Counted from the first letter of the whole stretch, positions 51,241 through 63,989 are shown. The stretch is 63,989 bases of DNA, filler included, from Octopus bimaculoides (GCF_001194135.2; 5 parts of 5 records of this genome joined end to end with filler, not necessarily neighbours in it), one strand, 5' to 3'. Notes: generated by a model from the letters alone, not told the origin. Made by a program: numbers and translations.

Positions 51241-53761
51241 AAAATTGCGAAGCCTTGGGTAAGCAGCATATGATATTTTTCATTCAGTTCAACAAAGAAC
51301 ATAGAAGGGTTACATTGACCTTGCTGATGTTCAGTTCACTGAATTAAAACACGGGAAGGGGAGTGTGCCTGAGATTGATGCGGTTGTACTGAAAAGAAAG
51401 AAAAAAAAATGTTTGAATGCACTTACTCAAGGTTTTTCTTTAACAATGTGTGGGCACCGATCGAGGACTGCTATATCAGTGGTGTTCCACTTGTGACACC
51501 CACATTAACAGTGCTACGAATGTTATTATTCCTTATTTCGTATAATTAAAATTTCATAATCCAATGTTTACCTATTTTTTTAGAAATGCAGAATGAAATG
51601 TGTTTTCTGTTCCTAGCACGTCCAAGCGCTTACGTAGAAACTTCTTTATTAGCTCTTTCTAAAAGGTATGGTTTCTACGAAGGAGAAGCGGATAAATATT
51701 GCAGATTTTAAGTACAAGTAATATTGCAGCTGGCACTAACATTCTTTCAGCTGTGAGAAGACCGCAGAAGAAACTAAGAAAATACAATTAATTGTCTTAT
51801 AGATACTAGAGTATTACGTGAATGCATGGCAATTTTTCATATCAAGGCTGTTTTCCATTTTTTGACATGGATACAATCAGAGATGTTTATACGAGAACCA
51901 GCAGTTAATAGATGTGTTGGTAGTACTGGCAAACATATTCTTTTTTCTGAATTTTGTCTTAATGAGGAGTCTCTAATTGTTGCCTTAATGAAGAGTCTCT
52001 AATTTTAAGAATAAAATTGTTTCACATTTATTAGATGAGTCGATTCCATTATTAGTATGTTTAGTTATTCAGTCTGGACTTACAGTGATAAGGTTCATTA
52101 TAACTTTCTAATATCAGTTTATTTTTCACGGTAACAGATCAGAGAGCTTGTACAGATCTGATGGGAGTGGGAAAAGAATCAAGCTTGTGAATAATCTCGT
52201 ACTTGGTAAGATGTACCGTGGTGTTATGTGTCACTGTCGGTTTCATAATTAAAAGTTGAATGTGTTGCTAATCATCTTAGCTACGAGATACTCGCTCGAA
52301 ATCTGCCCAGTATGTGCGATAAATTTGAATTAGCAACATTTTCTTGGAAGACATTCTCTCTGCCCCTCCTCCAAAAAACAAAGCAAAACAAAAATAAGCA
52401 TAAAAATGCAGTGTCACATGGTAGGAAAACTTTCTCATAAAAATAGAAACGAGAAAGGAACTTTCTTTCAACTAGTTGTCAACTGCATTCTAGGTCCATT
52501 CTAGGTCCTTCCACTTCAAATACATTTATTTCGCTATCTTATAAATATGGCTCTCAGCTGAGAGTGAAGAGCTCCATATATCTGAAATATTTCGTGGCGT
52601 TTTCTGTGCAGGGCTGTTGCTGGTTTTTCAACAAAGGTGGCCAGTCTTCTTTTTTCTACCTACTATCTTTGGTACCCCTAACTTTTTTCGACCACGCTCA
52701 ATGCATTCACAGCCAAGACGGGAACGTTTCTACAATTTACCTCTATACTTTGTGACAGTCCCGAAATATCTTTGGATACGGCAGACTGGATGTGGTTCTG
52801 GTTCAAGAATATGAGTTGTACTCTTCCATGATGACTTTTTCCTGTTGCTAGTTCACGGATGTAGAGGTGCATATTTTTTATTTCTAATGAACCATAGTTA
52901 ATTTAGATGATGCTTGTAAATTATCAGACGCTATTGTGAGAATGCAGAATTGAAATGTCTTACGTTTGATAACCAGGCTATAAAACAAAGATTTTAAATG
53001 TGCATTAACGTTATGATGTTAGAGGATATAAATACTTGAATTAGTTTACAAGAAAATATAACTGACCGATAACTCCTAAGATTGAAATACAATATCCTTC
53101 AACTATTTTCGTTTTTACATTTCCTTGAACATATATTCAAAGGATATACACATTCCGCAGTTCACCACCCCACTGATAGATGCGATATACACAACCAGAG
53201 TCAGAGAGCTCACGTAGGTCAGAGGTACTCAATTCAGAGTGCGGTGCACGTGTGGAAGTCATTAAACTATTCTACCCTGTCATTTCATCATATACTTGGG
53301 TGCGAAATGTATACCGAGAACTTGCAATCTGAGCAGCCTATTTCAGGTGCGATAACATTCGAGGTACACGCCGTGATGTTGGGGGTGGTGTTAGTGTTTT
53401 TTGTCTTCCCCGGTGCTATTTTGAGGAAGTTTATATTTATATTTTTACTTTTTTATTTTTGATATTACTTATTCGTCTTGATTATGATCAATCACTTTGC
53501 CAGACAGATGGGTATATAATTTTACATCTTATCCACTTCGGTTTAAGTTGAAATATCTGATACATTCCTTCATTTCTAGCAGACTTACTTATCTCCTTCC
53601 TGCATTCTATACAATTTTCTCTTGGCCTTTCTCTCACTCTAAATTCTGATTCTTATTTTCCAACTCAAAATACAAAAAACACACATTTTTTCACGTTATA
53701 TCTTTGCATTAGCCTGTCTCTTGATATGCATAGTTTTCTCCCTATTCACCTAATTACCTTT

Positions 53762-53795
<34 letters not shown>

Positions 53796-53886
53796 CAAAC
53801 AATGTACCTATTTATCCATCAGCCCTTATGCATAACTGAGTACATTTACATACGCACTATTATAGGCTTATGTGTGCATGTCGAGT

Positions 53887-53955
<69 letters not shown>

Positions 53956-54280
53956 AAATCAAAATACATAAATATAAACATGTATCTTCATGCGTGTGTA
54001 TGTATATGCACCTATATCTATCTATCCATCTACCTTCCTCCCTCACTCTCTTTCACCGTATACACACACACATTCAGAAACACACACACACATTGAGACA
54101 CACACACATATATACACCCATATTTATGTCTTTTCATACGCATATGCAAATATAAACCTACAACTTTCATATTCTCCTTTCGTTCTCTTCTGCAGACACG
54201 TTCTCCCTTTATGTATCTTTGTTTCCCACTCTCACTCACTCCGACACTCCCTCTCTATCTCTCTCTCTCTCTCCCTGTCC

Positions 54281-54312
<32 letters not shown>

Positions 54313-55081
54313 CTGTCCCTCTCTCTCTCTATCTCAGTCTCTATCCCTCATTGTTTTTAACTATCTTAACTGCAATCTCTCGTTCATTCATGTTGGCTTG
54401 TTACCTTAAATGATCATTAATACAGCAATGTGTTTTCTTACAATTATTATAGACGTAAGTCCGTTTATCTGTTGTATTGAGTTTAGACGTGAGAAGTTGG
54501 CGTACGCTCAGAAATTTAGTCTGCATTATTCACCTTTCACACAACAGATATCTTACAGAAACTCTAGGGTTGAGCAAAGGTCATCTGTGTTTTGTTTGCG
54601 GTGATGGTTTAAGGTGAAACAGCCAAAACAATGGAGAAAATGTAAGGGGAAGGCTACGGAGGGTGGAAAATATATGCATAAACTTTAAATCAGTACATGC
54701 GTGTGTGAATACGTTTAAAATATCTAATCCATAATCATTAGTTCCACAAAATATATTTTGTTTCGCCTATGGCTGTAGCTATGCATACAGCTACCCATAT
54801 ACATACGCACGTATACCTGTCCATAGGAATTTGTGCAGATGTTATTCTATAAAAAAAAACAGGAGTACCTCACGTAATGCAAACTAGGATAGTTATAGTG
54901 CCAATAAAGATAGATTAAACGATAAATATCTCGGATGCAAAGTTTTGTGAGTCGAAGTTGCTCAAGAATATATGTTTTACGATTCAAGAATGAAATTATA
55001 TAAGTAAGAGATGTACAATTCAATACTTACAACAAACTTCCAGGAAGTATTTCCACGGAAAAAACCTACGATAGACTTTAT

Positions 55082-55116
<35 letters not shown>

Positions 55117-55537
55117 NNNNNNNNNNNNNNNNNNNNNNNNNNNNNNNNNNNNNNNNNNNNNNNNNNNNNNNNNNNNNNNNNNNNNNNNNNNNNNNNNNNN
55201 NNNNNNNNNNNNNNNNNNNNNNNNNNNNNNNNNNNNNNNNNNNNNNNNNNNNNNNNNNNNNNNNNNNNNNNNNNNNNNNNNNNNNNNNNNNNNNNNNNNN
55301 NNNNNNNNNNNNNNNNNNATGTGTATGCATATAAATTGTTTCGACGTGTTTCTTTGTTTTACTCTCCATCATGTCCGACGATTGAACGACGAAAAAATGA
55401 AAAAGAAACACAAAAATGAAACATGCCATTTAAAATCGATTTAACCTTAAATTCTGTAAGATTTACTAAATCAAGTCATTTAATTTCAAACTGGCATTCA
55501 GTGTCAGAAATAAAACTTTTGCATTCTGAAAACAGTA

Positions 55538-55580
<43 letters not shown>

Positions 55581-55839
55581 TTGCTTGAAAGTGTTAAGTT
55601 TCACCCTGTTCATTATAATGTATATGTTAATTCTGCTTATATATATCACTCGCTTGAATTAAGTGAAACAGATTTCGTGGCAGTTTACGTCTTTATGTCT
55701 TTCTCTGTTTTCTTCTTTACAAGTTTACTATACTTTTTTTTTTTTTCATTTACTGAAATGAAATGTAGACTTAAACAAAATGGCAACATCCAAAACTATA
55801 ACACTAAAACCTATGATGCAATGAGTATAATGGTATTGG

Positions 55840-55840
55840 C

Positions 55841-55884
<44 letters not shown>

Positions 55885-55936
55885 CGATGATGATGGTGAT
55901 GATAATGATAGTGATGATGATGATGATGATGATGAA

Positions 55937-55978
<42 letters not shown>

Positions 55979-56125
55979 GATGATGATGATGATGATGATG
56001 ATGATGGTGAACACGATGACAATCAAATATGTTGATTACAGTCATAATCGTGTAAAATATACCACCTTTTCTTGATGGGTTTGATAATGATGATGATGAT
56101 CGTGATGATAATGATGTGATGACGA
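55840..56125. repeat. (GAT)n triplet microsatellite
   Basis: Directly visible; source of the poly-M/H/S ORFs. Confidence 0.95.
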
Positions 56126-56339
56126 TGAAAAGTAGGAGGAAAATGTTGGTGAAAATAAATACTGAAAACGAAAAATATTTACAAAAATGATAAAGTAGAA
56201 TTCTACGTCTACATAAATCTAAATAAATGTTCCGCGCAAAGCGACATTTATATTTTACGTAACGCTTCTCTTAGACTTTGAAATTAAAAGTTGGCGGTTC
56301 ACATATATTTACAATATACATTACACCTTGTATGTCAGC

Positions 56340-56387
<48 letters not shown>

Positions 56388-57724
56388 NNNNNNNNNNNNN
56401 NNNNNNNNNNNNNNNNNNNNNNNNNNNNNNNTTAATTAATTAANNNNNNNNNNNNNNNNNNNNNNNNNNNNNNNNNNNNNNNNNNNNTATGGCACACATA
56501 GAACAAAAAACCGGAGGGAAAAACATAAACAAAGGTTTTTTCATACTGAACTACTTGGCAAAATTGTTAATTATTAATTCTATTATTAATTGACGATTCC
56601 CTGCCCTTATTCTTGTATATATATATATATATATATGTATGTATATACATTTATGTGTGTATATAAACATAAACTGAATGGATAATATAGGAATTACTTC
56701 ATGTCTTTGAGTAACAAGTCTATTATTATCATTTTGCATCGTACAATTTGGTATGCAATAATATCTAAGATTATATAAGATTTAGCAAAACATGTATCTT
56801 TCCTATATGCATCCGTGTGTGTGTGCATGTTTGTGCATGCGTATGTTTGTATCTGTGTGTGCACACACATACGAAAATGCACACACATGGACATTAACTC
56901 ATACAGATGCACACATTATTTGAACAAACATGACTGTATTGTTAAGAGTTTCATTTTTCTGAAACAAGTGGTGCATGGTTCATTCCCAGTCTGCAGTACC
57001 TTCGGCAAGTGTCCTTTTTTTTCTTTTTTGTTTTCATTATAGCCCTGAAGTAGGTAGCCAATACATTCTGAGCTAATCTGTAAGTCAGAAATTGTAATTG
57101 AAATAAAATCAGTGTCTGCGTGAGAAGCCATCTATATGATAATTTTGTGTTAACTAAGAAAAAAAACTTATATTTAACTTTTGGAACACTGAAAAATCAA
57201 AAGTGAGATATGAATGTGTGTGTGAGATATGTATGTGTGTGTGTGTGTGTGTTGAGGGAGAGAGAGCGAGAGAGAGAGAGAAAAGAGAACAGCAAAAATG
57301 CGAAATAGACAGAGACAGGGAGAAGTGAGTGAGAAAAATACATACATAAATAATTTGCTAGTTATATAGACAAAAAGATAGACAGAAACATAGATGAACA
57401 GTTAAATATATGGGTCCGTAACTGATACATATGGCTAGGTTTGTATATTTGCAAAGATGCACACACACACACAGACACACTTTTTATTAAAGCTGCAAAA
57501 TTATCATAGAAGTCTTACTCAGAGTTTCATGTTCCTGTTTGTTGGACAGATGTGATGAAAACTGAATTAAGATTGTTCAGGTACATGTAAAATAATATTA
57601 TGTAATTCTAAAAATGTGTATATATGTATATATATGTGTATGTATATATGTATGTATGTATATTTATACACATGCGTCTACATGTATATAAACATACATA
57701 TGAATTAAATACATATTATCTTTT

Positions 57725-57950
57725 ACTTGTTTTTATCTTTTATTATCTTTTACTTGTCATTGCGGCCATGCTGGAGCACCAACTTGAACAACCTTAGTGG
57801 AACAAGTCAACCCCAGTACATTTTTTTTTTTAGACTGAAACTTGAACTGTTGGTCACTTTTGCCAATTTGCTAAGTTATAGGGATGTAAACACACCAACA
57901 TCTGCTGTCAAGTGGTGATGGAAGACAAATACAGACACCAAGATACACAT
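57725..57950 (-). mobile_element. SINE family A, 3' half, diverged
   Basis: GCGGCCATGCTGGAGCACC...GCTAAGTTATAGGGATGTAAACACACC. Confidence 0.75.
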
Positions 57951-57963
57951 ATGTATATATATG

Positions 57964-57996
<33 letters not shown>

Positions 57997-58101
57997 GTAC
58001 ATATACGTATGTGTGTGTATATGTATATTTATATATATATATAAACAAAGTAGCTAGCTGTAAAATCTCAAAAAGAGATGAGAATAGTGACTATACTAAC
58101 A

Positions 58102-58321
58102 AGTAAAGTTAATCACCACATCAATATGGCTGTTCAACGTTACTACCAGTTTAACCCGAGGCAGATCTTCTGCCAGCTGGTTACAAGTACAGCCTGCACC
58201 CTGTATATATATTGCAAGTAATATACAGGGCTGCACCTATTACCAGCTGGCAGAAGATCTGCCTGCAGTTAAACTATTAGTAACACTGAGCAGCCTTATT
58301 GATGTGGTGATCATCTTTACT
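58102..58321. repeat. About 220-bp palindrome (hairpin MITE-like)
   Basis: AGGCAGATCTTCTGCCAGCTGGT mirrored by ACCAGCTGGCAGAAGATCTGCCT; ATCACCACATCAATA mirrored by TATTGATGTGGTGAT. Confidence 0.85.
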
Positions 58322-60030
58322 AGCATATATATATTATATATATATATACCTATATATATATATTTATATATATATATAAACANNNNNNNNNNNNNNNNNN
58401 NNNNNNNNNNNNNNNNNNNNNNNNNNNNNNNNNNNNNNNNNNNNNNNNNNNNNNNNNNNNNNNNNNNNNNNNNNNNNNNNNNNNNNNNNNNNNNNNNNNN
58501 NNNNNNNNNNNNNNNNNNNNNNNNNNNNNNNNNNNNNNNNNNNNNNNNNNNNNNNNNNNNNNNNNNNNNNNNNNNNNNNNNNNNNNNNNNNNNNNNNNNN
58601 NNNNNNNNNNNNNNNNNNNNNNNNNNNNNNNNNNNNNNNNNNNNNNNNNNNNNNNNNNNNNNNGTGTGTGTGTGTGTGTGTGTGTGTGTACACTGAGCTT
58701 CTATTAATTTTGGTTCCTCAAATCCACTCGCAATTAATATATTAATTGCCACATTTTCATACTTTCATTGAAATAAATTAGCTATATTCAAATGCCTTTC
58801 TTGTTATGAATCTTCACTAGCTTCCAGGCACACAGCATTGTTTTTCACTATAGCCGGACATATTTCGTAGGAAGATTGGAATTAAACAACACTTACATAA
58901 ATTGTGGTGACAGAGGTTTACAAGTAACATGTGATTTCAAAATATGGTTAAACAAACACACCTACACTTGCACATGCAGAAACAGGCTCTCACATGAAAT
59001 ACACAGACATGCACATACAAACACACATACCACACACACATACATGAACGCATACACATACAGAGACACAAACATACACCCACTTACAAACACACACCAA
59101 CACTCCTCTCCACATACATGCAAGCATGTACTCACATAAACATATATTAAATATTAAATATACATGGCCACCAGGCACAGGTATGGCTGCTTTTAAGACC
59201 TTGTCTCCATTTTCATGCTATTTTGTTATGAGTAGTTGTTTATAAGCTTGGCTAAGCTGTGTGTTATTCATACATGACAAAAGTGAACATAATAAAATAT
59301 ATTTATAGTGAGGTTTATTGAACATATTTGTATAAATTTCTAATGATTGCTGGTGGACACGTGGGAGGTTAGAATCAAGCTTCATTGTAACTAATATCCA
59401 TAGTAGTGATTAGTAAAGCTTGAGAGGCCAGAAAATGTTGCTTCAAAATTCTGAAGAAGAATTCCTTTCACTTCTAGTTGGATTCATGGATTGATGAGAG
59501 TGGAGATTGAGCCATTGATAGAGTCTAATCTACCTCTGACTTAACTGTTCATGCTTTCTACTAAATAACTAGAGAGAAGTGTGGGAATTCCGAGCCCATT
59601 GTAGCTGATGTTCATGATGTGACGACACATTGCTGCCAACTGATAAAGCAGGAAACACCACATGATATGAGCATGGTCTGTGTGTGGTGCTGATTTGGCA
59701 ACTGAAAGTGTGAAGTTCGATTCTAGGTTTTACTACAACTTTCACTTCTCAATCATGTGGCATTAAGGATTGCTAAGTCAAATACAGTCTAAAGATATAA
59801 GATACCCAGAATTTACTTGTGTGGCTGGGATATTGTTCAGACTATAGTAGATTACTTCTGCTTTCAGTGAAATCTGAATTTTTAACTGTGCATATCAACC
59901 TTAGATCTATTGAGTTAACCCATAAATAATGTGGGTTTTTTAATTGCATGAACTAAAAGTTGGAGGGGGATGGGATAAACTACCTGCATCAACTTCCTCT
60001 GAAAGCAGAAGCAGGTAGTAATTTTACCTT

Positions 60031-60295
60031 CATTATTTACATTATTTACATTTGACGGATATTTGTCCTCATCTTATTTGTTGTTAAAACAACGTTTTGG
60101 CTGATATACCCTCCAGCCTTCATCAGGAAATTTCAATCCTGGGTTCGAAATTTCCCCAAGACACCTGATGAAGGCCGGAGGGTATGTCAGCTGAAACGCT
60201 GTGTTAACAACAAACAAGATAAGGACAAATATCCATCAATTGTAAATAATGTAAATAATGCACATAATTCCTCATCTCTTAAATATAGAACTGTA
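60031..60295 (+). mobile_element. Penelope-like end in inverted (pseudo-LTR-like) duplication with hammerhead-like cores, inserted in the mariner 5' region
   Basis: About 97-bp inverted arms 60031-60127 and 60164-60260; CTGATGA (60165-60171)...GAAAC (60193-60197); unpaired 3' extension to about 60295. Confidence 0.65.
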
Positions 60296-60367
60296 TTAGT
60301 TTTACCATTCTCAGTGCAAATGTTGAAGAGTGCAGTTCGATTTTAACAGTTATTTTTTAAAGCTATC

Positions 60368-60995
60368 ATGGAAGTGACAAAGGAACATATTCAGTATATT
60401 TTGCTTTATGAATTCAATAAGGACAACAATGCAACTGAAAGTGGAAGGAATATTAATGCAGTATATGGGGATTGGACAACAAGTGTAAGCCAGTGCCAAC
60501 GGTGGTTCCAGAAATTCTGAGTCAGAAACTACAGCCTAGAAGATGATTCTCATCCTGGAAGGTCTGTAGGACTCAACAAGGATGAGAATCATCTTCTTGG
60601 CAACTGTTGAGGAACTAGCAGAGAAACTTGAATTTGGTCATTCAACCATTCGTTGACACCTACATGCCATAAGAAAAGTCAGCAAATTGAGTCAATGGGT
60701 CTCTCACAAACTTTCTGAGTCTAATGCTTGGCTGCATACAGTGAGGAGGACATTCCAAATGTTGGAGCAGTTTGAATTTTAAACTATGCTCCACTCTCCA
60801 TATTCACCAGACATTGCCTCATCTGATTATCATTTATTTCGCAGTCTTCAAAATTATTTGGATGGAAAAAATACGAATTTTGTAGACAAGGTCAGAACAG
60901 TACTGGAGGAGTGAATTTTGAAAGAGGGCCTTGGAAGTCTACCAGATAGATGGAAGATCATTGTAGAAAATGAAGGAGAGTATATTTTAAATTTA
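60368..60995 (+). pseudogene. Mariner transposase with stops, frameshift and internal deletions
   Basis: MEVTKEHIQYILLYEFNK...CQRWFQKF*...WVSHKLSE...HSPYSPDIASSDYHLFRSLQNYLDG...LPDRWKIIVENEGEY (WVPHEL-like and YSPDLAP-like motifs). Confidence 0.9.
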
Positions 60996-61494
60996 AAAAG
61001 AACTTTGTCTATCTCAATTTTTGAAAAATAAAAGAAGTATAAAAAAAATACACATTATTTATGGGATGACCCAATATATGTAGTAACATCCTCCTATATA
61101 TATATATATATATTCCATTTGTCCAAATTTACATGCAAATGATAAATGGTTGGAGAAGTCCAGAGCAAGTCAGTATTGGAATTGCTAAGGAAATAGAGAA
61201 TAGAAGCTGCGCAGGTGTATAATTTTTCTTATTTATTTGAATTGTTTTGGATATTCACTAAGTCAATGGTTTATAAGCCAATGAAGCAAACTCGGAATTT
61301 ACACAATGGGTGAAATACACCAGGATTGTTTACCTGAAATAGTCCCACATTATTCCATATCATTTGATGTGCTGAGCCAGAACTTGAATTATACTAGAGT
61401 GCTTGAACAGAAGTTGCCTGGATAAGTTAGCCCTATCTACACACAAACACACACACACACAAAAACACACACACACATACACACACACACACAC

Positions 61495-61534
<40 letters not shown>

Positions 61535-62038
61535 TCTATTTATATATAGTCTTTAGATGAGAGACTGATATTCTCCATATAGAATACACTCCATAGTGCT
61601 CAAGAGATTTAAACTTCAGTCAGTAGAGNNNNNNNNNNNNNNNNNNNNNNNNNNNNNNNNNNNNNNNNNNNNNNNNNNNNNNNNNNNNNNNNNNNNNNNN
61701 NNNNNNNNNNNNNNNNNNNNNNNNNNNNNNNNNNNNNNNNNNNNNNNNNNNNNNNNNNNNNNNNNNNNNNNNNNNNNNNNNNNNNNNNNNNNNNNNNNNN
61801 NNNNNNNNNNNNNNNNNNNNNNNNNNNNNNNNNNNNNNNNNNNNNNNNNNNNNNNNNNNNNNNNNNNNNNNTGGTAAAAAATATAGTATCTGTTAACAAT
61901 CTTAGCAGAAAACTCACAGTTGAGTCTTTGAATATATATCAGCGTACATAGGTCTATTTATTTGTTATTATTATTGTTATTATTGTTGTTGCAATAAAGT
62001 ATTTTCAACGGGTCAATTTTGAGTTCTATTTAAAGTTG

Positions 62039-62069
<31 letters not shown>

Positions 62070-62367
62070 TATACATATATGTATTTCGTTTTTGGATTTG
62101 GTTTGCAAGATTCTTCATGTGAGTTTGTGTGTGTGCATGCAACTGCATGAGATGGTGTGTATGTGTGCATGTGCATGTACCTTTATATTGTACATTGCGT
62201 GTTTGTGTGTGTGCACATAACTCAAGAGTCAAGATTATTGAAAAGGTTGCAAGTCGCAACGAAAATTGTAGGAAAATAAAAATAAGGAATAAGTGGAAAT
62301 TTTACCTGTGAGTACGTTAAATTAAAAGGCACAAAAAGAACATGACTCTCCCTAGACACACTACAGA

Positions 62368-62412
<45 letters not shown>

Positions 62413-62490
62413 NNNNNNNNNNNNNNNNNNNNNNNNNNNNNNNNNNNNNNNNNNNNNNNNNNNNNNNNNNNNNNNNNNNNNNNNNNNNNN

Positions 62491-62538
<48 letters not shown>

Positions 62539-62559
62539 TATATGTATCATATTTCGTTT

Positions 62560-62670
62560 ATTTTCTTTTTACCAATTCCAGTCATTAGACTGTGGAAATG
62601 CCAGGGCACTGCCTATGAGTATTTTCAGTCAAATGTATCAACTGCAGAACTTATTTTTTAAAGCTTAGTA
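62560..62670 (-). mobile_element. SINE family A, degenerate 3' fragment
   Basis: CAGTCATTAGACTGTGG..ATGCCAGGGCACTGCC...AAAGCTTAGTACTTA. Confidence 0.55.
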
Positions 62671-63835
62671 CTTACATATACATATACATATATATNNNNN
62701 NNNNNNNNNNNNNNNNNNNNNNNNNNNNNNNNNNNNNNNTTAATTAATTAANNNNNNNNNNNNNNNNNNNNNNNNNNNNNNNNNNNNNNNNNNNNTATAT
62801 ATATACCTATATCACTCCAAACAATATTTACATATAACAACTTGTGCCTCTTACGACATATTTTTGCCCAAAATATGACAGCCAATATACTTCACGAATA
62901 TTTTACGAACTGAGTTTTGTTGTCTGAGCATTGCTTCAAATAAACTGAACATGAAAATTGAAGCTATATTATATTACCGCTGGCAGACTTATAGATAGAC
63001 AGATAGAGAGACAGGCGTATATGTGTGTCTGAACTCTCTTCGTAATAAAACATCAAGACACAACTTTTGTGACACACACTATACGTTTTAAGAATATATC
63101 CGTGGATATTTTCAAAGTCTTTATCTTTTTATGCTTATCCCCACATAGCAAGCTATTCTCAAGGATCATGACCTTTACTCTACATCAGGCTTAGCCCAAT
63201 AATAAGCATTTCTCAATTCGCTACAGTTTTTAATATAGCTAATATTAACTAATCTTAAACCAATATTTGCAAATCTTTATCTTTCCATATCTCCGTATTG
63301 TAGAGATTTTTTCCCCGACATTTAACAACTTCCACTTTCTTCGGGCATATGTTTTTAACTTGCTTCTCTTCAATATTTTAAACTACCCAAGAGATATAGG
63401 TGAATTCCGTTACAACTTATAACAATGTTTTACCCAAATTACATCACTGGAAATTCTGTTCTATTACAACAATTTGTATATCACGAAAAACTTAGGAAGT
63501 ATTTGAGTTAGTTGTCTGACGATTGCATCTCGTGAGCTGAATATGAAACATGAAATTATGATGGATTATTAATAACAGGTTCTTACCCTCGCATCACACC
63601 ACGCACACACTACAACTGACCAACTCCTTTCTCCCCTCCCCATTTTCACACTACATACGTCAAGATCACCAGCATTTTATCTCCCACACACAGCCCCTCG
63701 TTCTTCGATCACCGTTTGTTATCTCCCCCTTTTCTTAGCTCTCCTGAAAAAAGAATTTCTAACTTCCGGTCAGCCATTGTTATGATCAGCCATTATTATG
63801 ATTGACCGTTGACTGAACACTCCTTGTCTCCGTAT

Positions 63836-63872
63836 TCTTTCTGTTGAAGAGCGTAGCTCGAAACGTCAAAGA
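63836..63872 (+). ncRNA. Minimal type-I hammerhead-ribozyme-like motif in a probable Penelope-like 3' end (about 63560-63960)
   Basis: TCTTT..TTGAAGA-GCGTAGCTC-GAAAC-GTC-AAAGA: C3 position reads T, GAAAC and GUC present, stem III is the palindrome ACGT. Confidence 0.5.
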
Positions 63873-63989
63873 CTTTCCGTATTCCCGAGCGTCATACTAA
63901 TACATCCTTTTGTTATTTACACCACCTGTCCTCGTCTGTTGTTGTTTTTCGTATATTCTCCCATATATATATATACACACATATATATA

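Larger units (their letters stand above)
59910..61074 (+). mobile_element. Mariner (Mos1-like) transposon with both TIRs and TA TSD, internally deleted
   Basis: TA|TTGAGTTAACCCATAAATAATGTG ... CACATTATTTATGGGATGACCCAA|TA. Confidence 0.88.

Noticed and set aside
51305-51382. PH-domain-like peptide KGYIDLADVQFTEL
   Set aside because: Purine-rich acceptor, poor donor, isolated short match.
414-62668. Most ORFs in the supplied track (poly-CV, HT, YI, SL, RE, I, M, H, N and X-filled ORFs)
   Set aside because: Translations of microsatellites, SINE bodies or N gaps; no domain content.

Overview
AT-rich, microsatellite-dense, gap-ridden eukaryotic DNA. The repeat families (three tRNA-headed SINE families, RLE-type LINE ends, mariner/Tc1 relics, Penelope-like ends) match what I recall of Octopus genomes; this taxon call is an inference, not a database result. 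I find no convincing host protein-coding gene, rRNA, true tRNA gene or CRISPR. Nearly all ORFs in the supplied track are microsatellite or N-gap artefacts, and the only recognisable protein sequence is decayed transposon ORFs. Supported content: about 25 SINE copies or fragments in three families (my labels A, B, C; probably the octopus OK/OR1/OR2 SINEs, exact assignment not possible here); three fragments of a restriction-like-endonuclease (R4/Dong-like) non-LTR retrotransposon; Tc1/mariner relics (two Mos1-like loci, one DD37D-like, one DUF4817-type); a complete 832-bp non-autonomous Helitron; Penelope-like ends with hammerhead-like cores; and at least five foldback/MITE palindromes. The most unusual signal is a young, tail-swapped SINE-B variant that at all three loci sits inside an older SINE-B copy, once as a 218-bp tandem array, which suggests a SINE that targets its own family. 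Four N44-TTAATTAATTAA-N44 blocks are artificial scaffold joins.
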